A DNA stretch of 64,000 bases, taken from the sequence record SRR31156797_2215; one strand, given 5' to 3'. A program made the position numbers and the translations under genes. A model generated the notes under the pieces. The model was given only the letters and a program-made list of their open reading frames with translations, was not told the origin of the DNA and did not search any database. Shown here piece after piece: positions 52,737-62,292 of the stretch (positions are counted from its first letter, which is position 1; each line of letters opens with the position of its first letter).

Positions 52737-55652
52737 CTACGCTTTTTTCGGTCCTTTCGTCACTTCCCAAACAGCTTCTGCTGCTAATTTCCCAGAAGTC
52801 AATGCCCAGGCATTATTGGCACCAGATGGAGAGTCTGATCCCATGACGCCTCCCACAACTTCACCTGCAGCATAGAGCCCTTTAATGGGCTGGTTTTGCT
52901 GATTCAAAACTTGCAACGAACGATTGACCGCTAACCCACCAAGCGTAGTCGCAAACCGAGGCTTTTGTTCGATAAGATAATAGGGACCTGCACCAATCGG
53001 TTCTTGCAAGTATTCAGGTGCACGGTGAAACTCTTCGTCGCTTCCTTGCGCTACCCAGTAGTTAAAATTATCCACTGTTTCGATCAGTTGTTCTACAGGC
53101 ATCTGCGCTTTGATGGCTAACTGTTCTAACGTGGCAGCTTTAAGAATACGAGGTGTGGCCTTTCCTTCTTGCGCAATCCAACAAGCCAGCTCTTCACTGG
53201 TGATTCCGCCTTCTGCTACACCTTGGCTGAAATGCTCAAAGTGTTTGCCGTCTAGCAATAAATAAAGCATTGGCGAGCGTTGTCTTAATAATGCTTCTAA
53301 TACTAGCTTATTGCTAGCTCGCTCATTTACTACCCGCTTTCCAAATTGATTCACTAGAATACCGTTTTCTTTCAACACGATCAGATTGCCACCAATCGTT
53401 GATTTCGCCACCCCTTGAGAAATTTCCAATCCATTGGGATAGATTTTTCCTTGATCCATCGTTCGCGTTTGTGCCTTTAAAGCAGGAATGGTTGCCATCA
53501 ACAGACCATCGCCGGTGGCAGATTTTGGTCCATAATACAAAATTTGCTTGAATCTTTCCTTGAGTAAAGAGGCATTATTCCCATAGCCACCGGTTGTCAT
53601 AATGACTGTTGAGGCATAGATCATATGAGTTTTCCCTGATTCTTCGACGGCTTTGACGCCTATGACATTATTTTGATCATCTACTAGTAGCTGTTGGGCT
53701 TTCGTTTGGAGCAAGACCTGAACCCCACTATTCTGTAGTGTTTTACGGACGGTCTGGGCAAATCCAGCGCCGCCCCCTTGATAAGCAAGTTCGCGATTTT
53801 TTTGATATTCTGGTAGGACGTGCAGCCCTTGCTCCAAATCGTAGGCTACACCTAAGTATTCATGGACCCAATCTGTGGTTTCTCCTACGTTCTCAGCGAA
53901 AAGGGTCAAAAGGTTTCGATCGTTCAGCCCATTCCCGTTTTCCAGAAAATCAGCCACCATTGCTGTCGGTGTATCATCTTTTACACCAGCAATCTGTTGT
54001 AGTTTCGAACCAGTCACGATTTGGTTTCCACCACTAATAGAGATCGCTCCACCCACAAAACTTAATTTTTCCAGTAAGATGACCTTTCGTTCTAACTGAT
54101 CCGCTCGCAATGCAGCAGCAAGCCCAGCAGCGCCTGAGCCAATGATCACTACATCAACTGCTTCTTCAACCACTTCTTCTGACCAAGCCACGACTGGCTT
54201 TGGCCGTGCTTTGAGGACCTCTACATCGGCGCCTGCAAGTTTTACCGCTTCTTCCACCCCTGCGATCACCCCTTGACTGGAAGCAGAAGCACCAGAAACA
54301 GCATCGACATTCAGCGTTTGTCCTTCAATGATCTGTGCCGGAATTCTCGTAAAGACTAAATCAGATAAACCTTCAGATTCATTGCCTTTATCAATCGTAA
54401 TCTTTTCAATCGTTTCCTTTGAAAAAGTCACTTGCATTTCAATCGGACTATTGTGTCCTTGGGCTTGTACAAGATATGTCCCTGGTTGGTAAGCGACTTT
54501 CCGCTTTTGGAGTTCTTTCAAGCGTTCATGCTTTTGTTTCTCCTCTTCTGGATCAATGACCATATCTTCCATAAACTGCCACAATGGTGTTGGGATTTTC
54601 AACTCACTTTGCGCATGACTAAGAGCAAAATGACGAACAACTTTCTTCTCGGCGATCATCTGAACCCAATTAGGTTCGACTAAAAATCCTTTCCCGATGG
54701 CAAGCAAATCGTAGCCAATTTTCAGTGCTGCTTCTGCGTCTTCTCGTTGCAAGATAGAGCCCACTCCTATAATCGGAATAGTCGAAAGTTCAGGCGAACG
54801 CATTGTTAAAAACTTCACAATCAATGGCTCGCTGCTCTCGTTATCAATAATAGAACTTCGATGATAGGTTCCCATTGAAAAATGAAGGTACTCTGGCTTG
54901 CTTTTCGCTAGTTGATTCAACAAGTACATCGTTTCTTCAAAACAAATCCCAGGCTTTTCCATTTCTTCTGGCGAAAAACGATAACCGATAACAAAGTCTT
55001 CAACCGATTCTTCTTGACGGATCCGCTGTACTTCTTTTAATACGGCTAATGGAAAGTGCGCTCTTTTTTCCAGACTGCCTCCCCAATAGTCGTTTCTGCG
55101 ATTTGAGTGAGGCGAGAAAAATTGTTGGATCAAAAAGGTATTCGCACCATGTATCTCCACGCCATCGTAACCAGCTTTGATGGCACGCCTAGTCGCGTCT
55201 CCAAATCGTTGAATCATCGTTAGGGTCTCATCATTACTCATTTCTTTCGGAACAGGTGCGTTTGGTCGTAACGCTGCGACGGGACTTGCGCAAATCGGTT
55301 GTACTCCACCATTGTACTCAGGCCATGCCATTCGTCCAGCATGATAAATTTGCAGGATCGCTTTTGAGCCTTTTTCTTTGATGGCTTTTGCTAATCTAGT
55401 GAGCCCAGCAATTTTCTTGTCTGTATCTACCCCGAGTGCTCCCGGAAACCCACGCCCATGTTCTTCGATAAAGCAGCTTTCTACGATCACTGCCGCAGCT
55501 GCACCGGCACGACAGCGATAGTATTCAATGATCTCTTCTGTTACTTCACCATCATAAAAAGCAGATTGAGTTGTCATAGGTGCCATAACGAGTCGATTTT
55601 TAAGTTCAACACCAGAAGATAGTTTGCTTGGTTCAAATAATTCTTTTTTCAT
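52737..55652 (-). CDS. Cytoplasmic NADH-dependent flavin reductase: OYE + FMN_bind + FAD (flavocytochrome c-type) fusion
   Basis: NRLVMAPMT and EIHGAN (OYE); DAVSGAS (flavinylation motif); GSGAAG, TGGYG, GLYAAGEV (FAD domain); no signal peptide. Confidence 0.88.
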   Translation of the reverse strand: MKKELFEPSKLSSGVELKNRLVMAPMTTQSAFYDGEVTEEIIEYYRCRAGAAAAVIVESCFIEEHGRGFPGALGVDTDKKIAGLTRLAKAIKEKGSKAILQIYHAGRMAWPEYNGGVQPICASPVAALRPNAPVPKEMSNDETLTMIQRFGDATRRAIKAGYDGVEIHGANTFLIQQFFSPHSNRRNDYWGGSLEKRAHFPLAVLKEVQRIRQEESVEDFVIGYRFSPEEMEKPGICFEETMYLLNQLAKSKPEYLHFSMGTYHRSSIIDNESSEPLIVKFLTMRSPELSTIPIIGVGSILQREDAEAALKIGYDLLAIGKGFLVEPNWVQMIAEKKVVRHFALSHAQSELKIPTPLWQFMEDMVIDPEEEKQKHERLKELQKRKVAYQPGTYLVQAQGHNSPIEMQVTFSKETIEKITIDKGNESEGLSDLVFTRIPAQIIEGQTLNVDAVSGASASSQGVIAGVEEAVKLAGADVEVLKARPKPVVAWSEEVVEEAVDVVIIGSGAAGLAAALRADQLERKVILLEKLSFVGGAISISGGNQIVTGSKLQQIAGVKDDTPTAMVADFLENGNGLNDRNLLTLFAENVGETTDWVHEYLGVAYDLEQGLHVLPEYQKNRELAYQGGGAGFAQTVRKTLQNSGVQVLLQTKAQQLLVDDQNNVIGVKAVEESGKTHMIYASTVIMTTGGYGNNASLLKERFKQILYYGPKSATGDGLLMATIPALKAQTRTMDQGKIYPNGLEISQGVAKSTIGGNLIVLKENGILVNQFGKRVVNERASNKLVLEALLRQRSPMLYLLLDGKHFEHFSQGVAEGGITSEELACWIAQEGKATPRILKAATLEQLAIKAQMPVEQLIETVDNFNYWVAQGSDEEFHRAPEYLQEPIGAGPYYLIEQKPRFATTLGGLAVNRSLQVLNQQNQPIKGLYAAGEVVGGVMGSDSPSGANNAWALTSGKLAAEAVWEVTKGPKKA

Positions 55653-55790
55653 AAAAATCAGTTCCTTTCAAATAGCTTGCTTCGTCAGACCGCATGTATT
55701 AAGGCATCACGAAATACACCCATCTTTTTCGAACAAGTCGAAAAGATGAGTGTCTCCCCTATTCAGTTATTACTTACTTCATTTCCCCAT

Positions 55791-56633
55791 TTATTTTTGG
55801 TTTTCCGGCCGAGAATTGATGGCATACTGTTTACGCCCACCAGGTTTTGGTACTTGATCCCCCATCATGATCCCAAAACCGCCTTCAACACGTAATTCGT
55901 GCCCGTTCGTATAATCGGAACGTTCGCTGGCTAAGTAAAGGACTGCATTAGCAATGTCTTGCACATCGCCGATTCGCTTATTGGCAGTTAAACGTTTCCG
56001 CCCCTCTTCAACTTCTGGGTCTGCATAAAAGCTTGCGGATAAAGGTGTCTTCACAAAGCATGGCAAGACACAATTGCTGCGAAGGCCGTACTGCCCCCAC
56101 TCTGCAGCCATTTGTTTCGACATCATATTAACTCCAGCCTTACTTGGGCTATACGCACCAGAATATGTTTCAGGGCTGATTGAGGCGATCGTTGAGACAT
56201 GCACCATCCGCCCTGATTTTTGTGCGATCATCACTCGCCCGATTCTTTGAGAAACCAAGAAGTAGCCGTTTAAGTTGACGTCGATCACTTGTTTCCATTC
56301 TTCAAATGGTAGATCTTCAAGCAATGAAAATTTCAAAATAGCCGCTGTGTTTACCAAAACATCAATGCGGCCAAAATCTTCTTTGACCTTTTCTGCCAAT
56401 GCATCTACCTGCGCTTCGATCGTCGAATTGCAAACATAGCTGTTTACTTTCACACCAAATTGATCTGCTAGCTGTACTGCATAGTTGGCAAGGTTTTCCT
56501 CATGTAAATCAACTAATGCAAGTTGTGCGCCTTGATCAGCAAAGTCCTGTGCAATTTTTTTCCCCATACCGCCTAAAGCGCCGGTAATGACTACGACCTC
56601 ATTCTTAAGATTCAACCAAGATTGCTCCATCAT
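55791..56633 (-). CDS. SDR family oxidoreductase
   Basis: TGALGGMG, IDVLVN, YSPSK, NGHEL.VEGG. Confidence 0.92.
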   Translation of the reverse strand: MMEQSWLNLKNEVVVITGALGGMGKKIAQDFADQGAQLALVDLHEENLANYAVQLADQFGVKVNSYVCNSTIEAQVDALAEKVKEDFGRIDVLVNTAAILKFSLLEDLPFEEWKQVIDVNLNGYFLVSQRIGRVMIAQKSGRMVHVSTIASISPETYSGAYSPSKAGVNMMSKQMAAEWGQYGLRSNCVLPCFVKTPLSASFYADPEVEEGRKRLTANKRIGDVQDIANAVLYLASERSDYTNGHELRVEGGFGIMMGDQVPKPGGRKQYAINSRPENQK

Positions 56634-56647
56634 TTATACCACCTCTA

Positions 56648-56675
56648 ATATTGTTATATTCTTCACTAACAATAT
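56648..56675. promoter_or_regulatory. Inverted repeat ATATTGTTA-N10-TAACAATAT containing a Rex-like box (56651-56668)
   Basis: TTGTTA-N6-TCACTA versus Rex consensus TTGTGA-N6-TCACAA; immediately upstream of the SDR RBS. Confidence 0.55.
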
Positions 56676-56717
56676 ACCTTGATATGAGCAGAGAAACTAA
56701 TTCTTTTTTTCCATTGA

Positions 56718-57386
56718 TCAATAGCTTCTGTGAATGGTTTGTTCCTTTAACGCAGTCGTAACGAGCGCTTGAGCGAGCTCAGGATTTTTACAATAGATTA
56801 TGCAGCTAGCAAGCAATGTAGGGGAATTTTCCAGCTGATAAAACGTCTGTACAAAAGATGCAGCAGCGATCTCACTCAAGGAATAGAGACGTGCCTGTTT
56901 TTTCAAAAAACCTATCTGATAGTGCAGTTGTCTTTGAATGGTCCAGAGATTTTTACGATATTCCAATACATGAAACACTTCATGCATGAAAACCAATTCC
57001 GTAAGTGTCGTCGCAGGAAGTAATCGGCTTAATTGCTGTGCTTCGATAAAATGCTGCGCTTGCGCCAAGAAATTGCGATCAATCATAATATGATCTGTTT
57101 TTTTATAGACAGCAAAGGTATAGCGCTCCTGTTGCGCTTGCGCTTCAGGCAGTTCATTGATCTTTAATGAATCAATGATTCCTTGCAATTCTTGAGGATG
57201 CTCTCGATACCAGCGGGCTTCTTGCTTACCTATGCTTTCAGCAGTTTCAATAAAGGACTCTGCCTGCGCAGGATCAACTTTGGCGTGAAGGGGGTCTTGT
57301 TTGAACAGCTGCAGGTGAGGATTGGTTGCTCGAGACCATAGGTGTAAAAATTGTTGGCAAAATTCTTCTACTTTCACGGATCTCAT
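56718..57386 (-). CDS. Hypothetical protein with HExxH zinc motif
   Basis: FMHEVFHVLE plus downstream SEIAA; AAGGAAGG RBS. Confidence 0.7.
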   Translation of the reverse strand: MRSVKVEEFCQQFLHLWSRATNPHLQLFKQDPLHAKVDPAQAESFIETAESIGKQEARWYREHPQELQGIIDSLKINELPEAQAQQERYTFAVYKKTDHIMIDRNFLAQAQHFIEAQQLSRLLPATTLTELVFMHEVFHVLEYRKNLWTIQRQLHYQIGFLKKQARLYSLSEIAAASFVQTFYQLENSPTLLASCIIYCKNPELAQALVTTALKEQTIHRSY

Positions 57387-57398
57387 TCCTTCCTTGGC

Positions 57399-59519
57399 CT
57401 ACTGCAAGCGGTTCGCAGCAATAATAATAATCTCTTCTGTACCAATCAACTGACTTAATTCAATATCGATCAACATCATCAATTGGGTATAATCTGTCGA
57501 ACTAAAATCAAAGAGACGCGGTCCAGCACAAATATAAAAATCTGGCCGGATGACTAGATCACTTTGGTAGTTCGCCATACTTTCCCAAAGACGAGCGATT
57601 TGTTCACTATAACTTTGGATCGTCGTTTTCACGACATCTGCATGGTCTCTTTGCACGCGAATAAAGCCTCGATGATCAATGACACAAACACGATCGCCTT
57701 TTTTTGTCGCTGCGCCATAAATATAAAAATGTTCACTCGTAGCACAAGAAACCACGTTTTCTTTAGCAACTTGCAGCTCAGCATAGGCAATGTCTTGCGC
57801 TTCTTCACGGTTAATTTGGTTTTGACGCTCAGCGGCTTGAGCAGCTGTGGCACCGGAGGCTCGCGCAGTAATTTTTTGCGTCTGAGGATCGATTTCAATA
57901 TAGACTTCAATACTATCAGGCGTTGCCCCACTCTCGATCGCCAAAGTAGCTGCTTCTTGCTTGATTGCTGCAATATCCGCTTTTGTTGGATTCGGGACAA
58001 TTCGTTCCACCACGTCTTGAACGACGGATAACGCCACACCGATCGATGAAATCACTTCAGCATTTTCAGGTATTTTATAATTCAACGACAATTGTTTCGC
58101 TGCATGTTTGATCAGTGAAGAGACGCCTCCTCCTACACCTACTAAAGTCATTTGGTTAGGCTCTAATTGATACTTGCGGGCAAAAGATTGAATCACAGGT
58201 GCTATTTTTTGGACTGCTTGATCCAATATTTGCTGTGCGACATCCTCCACCGTCGTTTCTAAGTACTTCGCTAAAGGCTGCATGGCTTTTCTGGCCGAAT
58301 GGGCATTGCCATAGGAAAAATCATCCTTTGTGACATATCCTAAGACATTCGCTGCACAAGAATTCGTGATCGTAATTCGTTTCCCGTTAGCAAGTTTGAT
58401 TGCAACATAATCTGCTGGGTCACCTTCTTTTGGCGCATAAAGCTCCAGTTCTGGTGCAACGATCTCTTCTTCTGGCAGATACGTACTATATTCTAACCCA
58501 GCGATATGGGCACTTCTTGGGCCGACGTCTATCACGCCTTTTTTGTTCACTCGAACCATACTGCCGCCAGCCACACCTAGGACGCGAACATCTAATGAAT
58601 TGACATACGTCTTATGGCCTGCAATCTCTGAGTAATCGATGACTGGCCGACCATTTTTGATAACGCCAAGATTCGTCGAAGTTCCCCCTACTTCAAAATA
58701 AATACCGTTCGACGTTCGCAGATACATCAATGCTCCCATCACGCTGGCTGCTGGACCAGAAAGCATCGTTAGCACCGGTCGTTTTTTCATTTCAACAATG
58801 TCCATCAACCCGCCATCGCCCCGCATGATCATCAGTGGTACATCCACACCTGCTTGGCGAACACTATTTTCTGTTGAATTTGCCGTTTCCAGCATCGTTG
58901 GCAAAATCGATGCATTGATTGCTGCGGTACGGGTTCTCCGGGATAACCCATATAGTTTGGTCATCTCCGACGCCAAGGTTACCTCGATGCCCTTTCGTTT
59001 GGCTACTTCAGCGATTCTTTCTTCTGTTTGTAAATCATCTACACCAAAAGCTGCTGAAGTCACGATGACCTGAGCTTGTGCCTGTTGTAGTTCTGCTAAT
59101 GCCGCTTCGATTGTTGCTTCTGAAAGCTCTTTTTTAGGAATAAAGCGAGCAACGACTTCAATACTTCTTCCCGTACCTAAATCAATGTCTTTTAATGCCG
59201 TTTGCCACTTTGCCAGCCAACCTTCGACGCCGCCCTTTGCTGTACTGATAATGCCGACCTTCGCTACATCTCCTTCTAAGAGTGCATTGGTGGCTTGGGT
59301 TGTGCTGTGAGCGACAAAGACCACTTCATCTGGCTGGATCTGATTTTCGGCTAAACACTTAATAAAAGAGGCCACTACACCTTCTGCAACCCCTTGCTCA
59401 CTTTTGTGGGTCGTTTTTACAGATGACTTTCCAATCACCTCTTGCGTGTCATTGTTGATTGCGACAGCTTTTGTATGGGTTCCACCCACATCAATGCCAA
59501 TTCGGACACTTCTTCTCAT
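57399..59519 (-). CDS. Hydantoinase/oxoprolinase A-type (actin-like ATPase) protein
   Basis: RIGIDVGGTHT, HSTT.ATNALL, TAAINAS, SGPAAS, EVGGTST, AGGS, VGPRSA. Confidence 0.88.
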   Translation of the reverse strand: MRRSVRIGIDVGGTHTKAVAINNDTQEVIGKSSVKTTHKSEQGVAEGVVASFIKCLAENQIQPDEVVFVAHSTTQATNALLEGDVAKVGIISTAKGGVEGWLAKWQTALKDIDLGTGRSIEVVARFIPKKELSEATIEAALAELQQAQAQVIVTSAAFGVDDLQTEERIAEVAKRKGIEVTLASEMTKLYGLSRRTRTAAINASILPTMLETANSTENSVRQAGVDVPLMIMRGDGGLMDIVEMKKRPVLTMLSGPAASVMGALMYLRTSNGIYFEVGGTSTNLGVIKNGRPVIDYSEIAGHKTYVNSLDVRVLGVAGGSMVRVNKKGVIDVGPRSAHIAGLEYSTYLPEEEIVAPELELYAPKEGDPADYVAIKLANGKRITITNSCAANVLGYVTKDDFSYGNAHSARKAMQPLAKYLETTVEDVAQQILDQAVQKIAPVIQSFARKYQLEPNQMTLVGVGGGVSSLIKHAAKQLSLNYKIPENAEVISSIGVALSVVQDVVERIVPNPTKADIAAIKQEAATLAIESGATPDSIEVYIEIDPQTQKITARASGATAAQAAERQNQINREEAQDIAYAELQVAKENVVSCATSEHFYIYGAATKKGDRVCVIDHRGFIRVQRDHADVVKTTIQSYSEQIARLWESMANYQSDLVIRPDFYICAGPRLFDFSSTDYTQLMMLIDIELSQLIGTEEIIIIAANRLQ

Positions 59520-59536
59520 TTTTTTCACCTACTTTT

Positions 59537-60865
59537 TTAAATCGGGCTATATAACAGGAACGTCGCAATTTCAAGAACCAGCGAAATGACGACTCCTGGT
59601 AAAAAAGCAACCTTCATGTAATCTTTCGTATTGATATTATTGAAGCCTAATCCCCAAGCATTCCAAGAAATGGTCAAATCAAAATGACCCATACCGATCA
59701 TATTAGAAATGAACAACGGATATAAAAACGTCACAGGATAATTGGTTTGATTGCTGATTACTGCTAATAACGCTGCCCCACAACCAATCAAAGAAAGTGG
59801 CCCGCGAAACCAGGTCAAGGGAGCTAAAAAACCAAAAAGCAAACAAAGCGCTAAGGGATGCGTCGGAATGATTCCTCCTAGCAATGATTCAAAATAAGGT
59901 GCAGCGAAGGTTGCAGCTGCATTGAACATCGCAAGGGTCATCCAAAAGGCAACTAAGGTCGCAGTATCTTTGACCCCATCTGCAAAAATACGTGTCAAAA
60001 TCTGAGAATCTTTTCTAAACCCATCCTTTAAAACACCACAAATCCACAAGGCATAAAGACTCGCACCAATAAAACAAAAGATCACTGGAAATTGAAAGAT
60101 GATGACTCCTACGACCGGTATAAAAGGGGTAAGTAACGCCAAACTAGGAACGTCTTGAACTTTCGGTTCTTCTCCAACCGCCCAAGCATAGGTCAAACTT
60201 TCTACTCTCAAATACCCAATAGCAAAAATCGAAGAAACCAGAATCATCACAAAGAAAGCCAATAATCCAAACGAAAAATAATCATTATAGGTGTAATCAA
60301 CCCCACCATTCACATTGCCAAAAAAGGCTTGATACTGTGTGAAATTGATTGGATTTAAGAAAACACCTGCTGCAACGGAAGCCGAAAAACTAAAGAATGC
60401 CACGACTTTAGGAATACCAATCGAAAATAAAATTGGCAATACGATCACGGCGATCGCGATGACAGATCCGGCACCTGACATGGATGAAAAGATAAAGCCG
60501 GTAATCAAATTGACAATTACTAGAATAATCGCTGGGCTATCCCCACCTAGTTCCACACTCTTACGAATGATAGTTGCCGCAATGCCCGTTTCCAACAAGA
60601 TCCTACCAAAGAATGCTCCTACAAAAATATTCATTTGTGAAGCCCCCCAGCGTTCTGGCGCCTGTTGATAGACCTGTGCCAGCATCTCGGTAAAAGGGAG
60701 GTTTTCAAATGCCGGATTGGGTGAAATGACATTCCCTATAAGCGGCAACAACACCCATAATGTTGCCATAACGATAAAACCAATCATCAGGTTATATCCT
60801 TTGATACAATAAAAAACCATGCCACCAAATGACACTACTAGTAATAAGCCAATCAAGCTATCCAT
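59537..60865 (-). CDS. Polytopic secondary transporter (IT superfamily, GntP/CitM-like)
   Basis: About 12 hydrophobic segments; GAFFGRILLETGIA..IIRKSVELGGD. Confidence 0.75.
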   Translation of the reverse strand: MDSLIGLLLVVSFGGMVFYCIKGYNLMIGFIVMATLWVLLPLIGNVISPNPAFENLPFTEMLAQVYQQAPERWGASQMNIFVGAFFGRILLETGIAATIIRKSVELGGDSPAIILVIVNLITGFIFSSMSGAGSVIAIAVIVLPILFSIGIPKVVAFFSFSASVAAGVFLNPINFTQYQAFFGNVNGGVDYTYNDYFSFGLLAFFVMILVSSIFAIGYLRVESLTYAWAVGEEPKVQDVPSLALLTPFIPVVGVIIFQFPVIFCFIGASLYALWICGVLKDGFRKDSQILTRIFADGVKDTATLVAFWMTLAMFNAAATFAAPYFESLLGGIIPTHPLALCLLFGFLAPLTWFRGPLSLIGCGAALLAVISNQTNYPVTFLYPLFISNMIGMGHFDLTISWNAWGLGFNNINTKDYMKVAFLPGVVISLVLEIATFLLYSPI

Positions 60866-60940
60866 TCTTCTTCTCCTCCATACAAATTACGCCGTTTGAA
60901 CCTGCAGCCAGATACGCGAAAGCCGCCGTTTAACAAAAGC

Positions 60941-60973
60941 GAAAAAGGAGGAAGTGGTTGGCCACTATCCTCC
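60941..60973 (-). terminator. Intrinsic terminator after the MFS gene
   Basis: GGAGGATAGTGG-CCAA-CCACTTCCTCC-TTTTT. Confidence 0.65.
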
Positions 60974-60980
60974 AGGACGT

Positions 60981-62264
60981 TTAGTCCTTTAATTTATCAA
61001 ATGCGCTGTAGCCAAATACTCTTTTGTGTTGCAGTAACAAATAAACCATCATGACGATCGCTAAAACCGCAGCTGCGAGTAATAAGCCCATCATAATAAA
61101 AATCGCTTGCGTTTCTCCTACTGACCGAGTCATGGAAGCAACGATGTAAGGTAAAAAGGTACTTGCTAAGCCCATCCAAGTATAGTAGATCCCGGTATTT
61201 CGACCTTTTGGTCCAGGGCAAAACATTTGTCGTACCCCTAGCCCAGTTTGCAACGCCCCTCCGGCAGCAAAGAAACCCAAGAAGGCGATACTGATATAAA
61301 TCACTACGACATGTTGGATCACTAATACCATCCCTAACGCAAGAGCGATGAATACCGTATCAATAAATAAGACTTTTAAGGGATTCCAACGCAATTTCCC
61401 CATCATTACTGCCCAAAACAAAACAGCCACCATTGAGCCAAAAGTATAGATCGATGTTAGCCCCGCTGACTGCATCTCAGTCAAACCAGCATTCGTCAAA
61501 CCAAACGCTTTGGTATACTGTTGGGCGCCGTACATGATGAACATACAGATAAAACCAAAGAACATTGTGAAGAAGTTAACGATTATATTCGGCTTAACAA
61601 GCATTTTGGCCTTCATCGCCGCAATTTCTTCTTGAACCGCATTCGTTTCTTTTCCATCAACGGTTGCCGCTTTTTCTTTCATCATGTCATCATAGGCGAA
61701 TGGCGCGATAGCTGCTAAAATCGTGCAGACGATCGATAGGACTAATGGAATAATAATCCCCATCGACTGATTCCCAGACCCGATGAAATTTACCACAAGT
61801 AAGGGATAGATAACCCCTGACAAAGAAACAAAAAACTTGATCCCAATCATTGCTGAAGCCGCATATTTCGGTGCTGCTTCTTGAGAAGCGGGATACAATG
61901 CAGCATCCCAGAAACCAGAAGTCGCCACCCCTGCGATAAAGGCACAGACAGACGCGATCACCATATTCGTCGTCAGTAACAGACCTAAAAAGCATAGCGT
62001 ATACAAAACAGCCCCCATGACCGCCATTTTTTTGCGTCCCACTTTATCCGAAATTTCTCCACCAATCCAGACGGTCAAGAATTTCCCTAATCCGGTCGCA
62101 GTGATGGCCAACGATACCGCAGCGGCTCCTGCAGAAGCATCGGTATAGCCCCATTTATCCGAAAAATAAGTCGCATTTTGGCTTAAAATAATAGCTTGGA
62201 TCCCATGAGTGAAATAACACATATAGACAGTTGCCAGTGACAAAATATACTTTTTTGCTCTCAT
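60981..62264 (-). CDS. MFS transporter (YdiM/YdiN-like; quinate/shikimate candidate)
   Basis: Y..YFTHG, GLGK, GEISDKVGRK motif A, about 12 TM; next to shikimate dehydrogenase. Confidence 0.82.
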   Translation of the reverse strand: MRAKKYILSLATVYMCYFTHGIQAIILSQNATYFSDKWGYTDASAGAAAVSLAITATGLGKFLTVWIGGEISDKVGRKKMAVMGAVLYTLCFLGLLLTTNMVIASVCAFIAGVATSGFWDAALYPASQEAAPKYAASAMIGIKFFVSLSGVIYPLLVVNFIGSGNQSMGIIIPLVLSIVCTILAAIAPFAYDDMMKEKAATVDGKETNAVQEEIAAMKAKMLVKPNIIVNFFTMFFGFICMFIMYGAQQYTKAFGLTNAGLTEMQSAGLTSIYTFGSMVAVLFWAVMMGKLRWNPLKVLFIDTVFIALALGMVLVIQHVVVIYISIAFLGFFAAGGALQTGLGVRQMFCPGPKGRNTGIYYTWMGLASTFLPYIVASMTRSVGETQAIFIMMGLLLAAAVLAIVMMVYLLLQHKRVFGYSAFDKLKD

Positions 62265-62292
62265 TTGTACGCTCCTTATAAAAGAACATCCA

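Noticed and set aside
52737-55652. Calling this fumarate reductase or urocanate reductase
   Set aside because: Fumarate-binding His/Arg motifs are replaced and I cannot match the site to UrdA; substrate left open.
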